Shown one piece after another: positions 55,378 to 58,262 of a stretch of DNA of 58,262 nt. Both the position numbers and the translations under genes were made by a program. The notes under the pieces were generated by a model. The model searched no databases. It saw only the letters and a program-made list of their open reading frames with translations, and was not told the DNA's origin. Source of the stretch: a virus (Duplodnaviria; Caudoviricetes); the IMG/VR virus record IMGVR_UViG_3300044259_000151, positions 1 to 58,262 of that record; one strand, 5' to 3'. Numbering within the stretch: the stretch's first letter is position 1; each line of letters begins with the position of its first letter.

Positions 55378-57180
55378 TTATCCGAAAAACAAGAGGCCGC
55401 GATCGGCGGAATAGGCAAGAGCCTGCTGGTAGGGCTCCGGGTTCTTCACCATGACCGTCGCCGCGTTGAACAGCGCGATGGCCGGGTCAATCTTGGCGTC
55501 ACCCGCCGTCTGCTTGGTCGCGCGGATGGCGGTCGCCGTGGGCTCGATTTTCAGGTTGGGCACACACCAGCGCATCAGCGGGCCACCGGTGTGCAGCAGC
55601 ATGCCATTCGAGAGACCGCGCTCGCAGGTCTTGATCGGGTTCATCAGGGCAAAACCCTGCGGCACGCCGACAAGCAGGCCATTATCCTGCGTGATATCCA
55701 CATCCGGCGCGGCCATGGCCTCGACGAAATCGCCCAGGCAGGCAGGGTCAACGGCGGTGGCGGCCAGCAAATCCCTGTCTTTCACCAGACGGATGATTTC
55801 GATGATGGCGGCAATATCCTCGAGCGCCGTATCGAAAATCGTCAACTGGCCGGATTTCTGAATATCCAGCAGGATCGGCGCAATTTTCTTGCGCCGCTTG
55901 AGCACGTCCCGGTGGCAAAACGCATGCGACCAGGCAAGCCAGCGCTTTCTGGATGCACGGCCGCCCATCGGAAACATTTTTCCGGTAAGTTCGACTTCAT
56001 CCTGTTCGCGGCCGAGGACGCAAAGACCGAACAGGTCATCCAGGCCACCGCCATCAATGCCAACGACCGCGACTTCGCAACGGTCAAGCAGCCGATCCAG
56101 CGCCTCGAAATGCGGCAGGGCGGCCAGTTCCGGATCTTCCGCCCGGTCCCAGTAATCCGAGCCGACCCAGCGGTTGGCCCGGTTGCGCATGCCGATTTCG
56201 ACATTGAGGTGCTTTGCCAGAAAGCTCTGGACGGTGTCCCGCTCCTCATCCGCGCCGGAACGCACGTTCTGGAATTTCCGCTCCAGCCAATCCTGGCGCA
56301 CCGATCGCCCCATATTGGGGTTGGTGATGTACCAGTTGGCCGGGTCGAGATAGGCCTCGTTTTCCAGCATCGCATCCGGGAACTCGTAGAGTACCGGCAG
56401 GGAGGCTGGATCGTCGATCTTGCCATCGCGAACATCGCGAAAATAATCCAGCTTTTCCTTGAACACGCCGGCCGGAGGCTCATCCGATTGCGTGGTGATG
56501 TAGATGACGAACCCTTCCGGGCGCGAAATCAGGCCGCCGGTGGCCTCCTGCAACATCGCGCTGGCGCCGGCTTTCTTGCCAAACAGCCACAGCTCCTCGA
56601 CCAGAACGAACGCAGCTTTCTTGCCCGAGGCCGTCTTGCTGTCTGCCGACACAACCTTCAGGACCGCGCCGGTCAGTTCGTGCGTGATCTGCTTCAGCTG
56701 ATCCTGCACGCGCAGCAATTTTACCAGCTCCGGATCCGCGCGCACCATGGCGGCCGCCGGCTTGAAACTGTTGCCAGCCACCTCCTGCGTGGGGGCCAGG
56801 ATCAGCAGTTCCTGATGATGACGCCAATTGCGGATGAGCGCCGTCAGCATGATGCCGGCGGCGATGGTGGACTTGATGTTCTTCTTCGAGATGAGGAGCA
56901 TGAACTCCTCAATGTGCCGTTTGGCATTCGCTGCATCGTAGGCGCCGAAAATGGCGGCCACGAAATCAAACACATAGGGCTCGCAGACTTCGCCGAATGT
57001 CGGGTGCCGGTGGCGCTCCAGCCTGCGATCGTAGAACTGTGGCAGGTCGCAGATCTGCAGGTCGCGGAACACCGATAACGCCGCCTCAGCCTCGTCGGGA
57101 AACAGAGGCTCAAACGGGATCAGGCTTTCGCGCGCAACGATGCGGCGCTCCCAATCCGGGCAGGCGGTTGTCCAGCGCAT
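55378..57180 (-). CDS. terL: Terminase large subunit
   Basis: WTTACPDW, KKNIKS Walker A variant, VEELW Walker B, ITTQS, GIDGGGLDDL, KIDP. Confidence 0.95.
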   Translation of the reverse strand: MRWTTACPDWERRIVARESLIPFEPLFPDEAEAALSVFRDLQICDLPQFYDRRLERHRHPTFGEVCEPYVFDFVAAIFGAYDAANAKRHIEEFMLLISKKNIKSTIAAGIMLTALIRNWRHHQELLILAPTQEVAGNSFKPAAAMVRADPELVKLLRVQDQLKQITHELTGAVLKVVSADSKTASGKKAAFVLVEELWLFGKKAGASAMLQEATGGLISRPEGFVIYITTQSDEPPAGVFKEKLDYFRDVRDGKIDDPASLPVLYEFPDAMLENEAYLDPANWYITNPNMGRSVRQDWLERKFQNVRSGADEERDTVQSFLAKHLNVEIGMRNRANRWVGSDYWDRAEDPELAALPHFEALDRLLDRCEVAVVGIDGGGLDDLFGLCVLGREQDEVELTGKMFPMGGRASRKRWLAWSHAFCHRDVLKRRKKIAPILLDIQKSGQLTIFDTALEDIAAIIEIIRLVKDRDLLAATAVDPACLGDFVEAMAAPDVDITQDNGLLVGVPQGFALMNPIKTCERGLSNGMLLHTGGPLMRWCVPNLKIEPTATAIRATKQTAGDAKIDPAIALFNAATVMVKNPEPYQQALAYSADRGLLFFG

Positions 57181-57197
57181 GCGCGGTATGACCTTGG

Positions 57198-57518
57198 TCA
57201 GGCGGCCGGCTGGCTCTGCTGCCACAGAGATTGGCGCAGCAAGTATCCCTCAAAAGCCCAAATCTTGTTGCGGGCATTGTCGCGAGCGATCTTGCGGCCG
57301 ATCTCTTGATCAAAATTTTCCGGGCTGGCGGCCGCACTTTCCCCAGTCACGCAAAAGCCGTTCTGCAGCGTCAGGCAGCACACCGTTAGCGTCGTTCCGT
57401 GGAAAACATGGTATTGCTCGCCGGCAATCTGCGCGTCAATCAGCTCCGGCGTCAGCCGCGGCGCCTTCAAGCCCTTGGCCTGAATTTCCGCCTCGATGGC
57501 CTGTTCATCTTTCACCAT
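57198..57518 (-). CDS. Gp49 / Sf6 gp66 family protein (candidate nucleotide-signal sponge)
   Basis: APRLTP..ID..I, LTVC.L.LQNGF.VTGESA.ASPENFD.EIGRKIA..NA..KIW..EGY.L. Confidence 0.85.
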   Translation of the reverse strand: MVKDEQAIEAEIQAKGLKAPRLTPELIDAQIAGEQYHVFHGTTLTVCCLTLQNGFCVTGESAAASPENFDQEIGRKIARDNARNKIWAFEGYLLRQSLWQQSQPAA

Positions 57519-57588
57519 TCTCTTCTTGTCCTCGACCGGGAACATTGCCGGTGGTTGTCATCACGTATTCAGCGGTCCCGCCACCGTC

Positions 57589-58077
57589 TTACTCGGTGGC
57601 CAGAGCCTGGCCGTTGCTGGACACCAGCCGCGGCGGAGGCGGAGGCGGCGCGAACTTGCCGCCGACCTGCGCAGCCTCATCGCGCTTCGTCTGCTTTTTG
57701 CTCACGTAGCCCCGGGCCGGCGCATTTGCCGCCTTGGACCGCAGATCGCGCTCCGTCCGCTCGGCGGCCACGCTGTCCAGCGTCTTGATCGCGGCCGAAA
57801 GCGCCGCAGCATTCCCACCCAACCCCTGTTGGATCTGCGCGGCGCGCAACTTGGTCCGCAACCGTTTCAGCATGGCGGCCTTTTCGCGGAGGATGTGGCC
57901 GTAGTGCTTGCGCAAGGTTTTGGCATCCACGCCGAGCGTTGCCGCGATGTCCTTGACCGGCTCACTGGCGGCAACCATCAGCGAGACCATGATTGTGCTC
58001 TGTTCGGTCGGCTCATGCCCCGGCCGGCCGCGCGGTGGGAAGTATGGGTTGCCGAAGAGGTCAAGATCCTGCGTCAT
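57589..58077 (-). CDS. terS: Terminase small subunit
   Basis: DLFG.P...RGRP.H.PT, HTH IAATLGVDAKTLRKHY, GNAAA, KF.P.PPP; first gene after the genome end. Confidence 0.85.
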   Translation of the reverse strand: MTQDLDLFGNPYFPPRGRPGHEPTEQSTIMVSLMVAASEPVKDIAATLGVDAKTLRKHYGHILREKAAMLKRLRTKLRAAQIQQGLGGNAAALSAAIKTLDSVAAERTERDLRSKAANAPARGYVSKKQTKRDEAAQVGGKFAPPPPPPRLVSSNGQALATE

Positions 58078-58262
58078 CGCTCCATCATTCCCCAAGCGGC
58101 CAAACAGGGAAATATTCCGCGCTTTTCACCCGCCACCGCCGCTTGGCAATTATCAACCCATTGATGCCGCTTGCTTTTTCATCAAGCCCGCCCACCGCAA
58201 CACCAAACCCCACCCGCACGACGGGAAAAATCACCCTCCCCGAAAAAAAACATGCAAATGAG

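Overview
The window looks like one essentially complete ~58 kb temperate siphophage genome of an alphaproteobacterium, probably Rhizobiaceae, linearised at cos. An HNH gene sits at the left end, the terminase small subunit at the right end, and an intact attP in the middle (3' half of tRNA-Lys(CTT), 25942-25987, next to a tyrosine integrase). Modules: 1) a minus-strand replication/early arm (cro, cII-like, SNF2-helicase/methyltransferase fusion, C5-MTase-like gene, split primase plus D5/P4 helicase, a C4-type antisense RNA/antirepressor cassette, a probable origin); 2) a lambda-like immunity region with five visible operators and a membrane WYL/TerB-like gene; 3) a plus-strand early arm (HD hydrolase, SSB, DUF2303/YfdQ-like, beta-clamp, ASCH, Xis, Int); 4) an accessory cassette beside attP with two copies of an operator/promoter/structured-leader unit ending in a small HTH gene (acr-aca-like layout); 5) minus-strand lysis, tail and HK97-type head genes, including a G-GGA-AAG tail-chaperone frameshift. 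The most unusual part is the packaging/head operon, where non-structural genes are interleaved with the core genes: a Gp49/Sf6-gp66-family protein (possible nucleotide sponge) between terS and terL, an intact Dps mini-ferritin between portal and protease, and a 2H-phosphoesterase (Acb1-like) domain inserted in frame into the prohead protease. All family calls come from motif recognition by eye; no database search was run.
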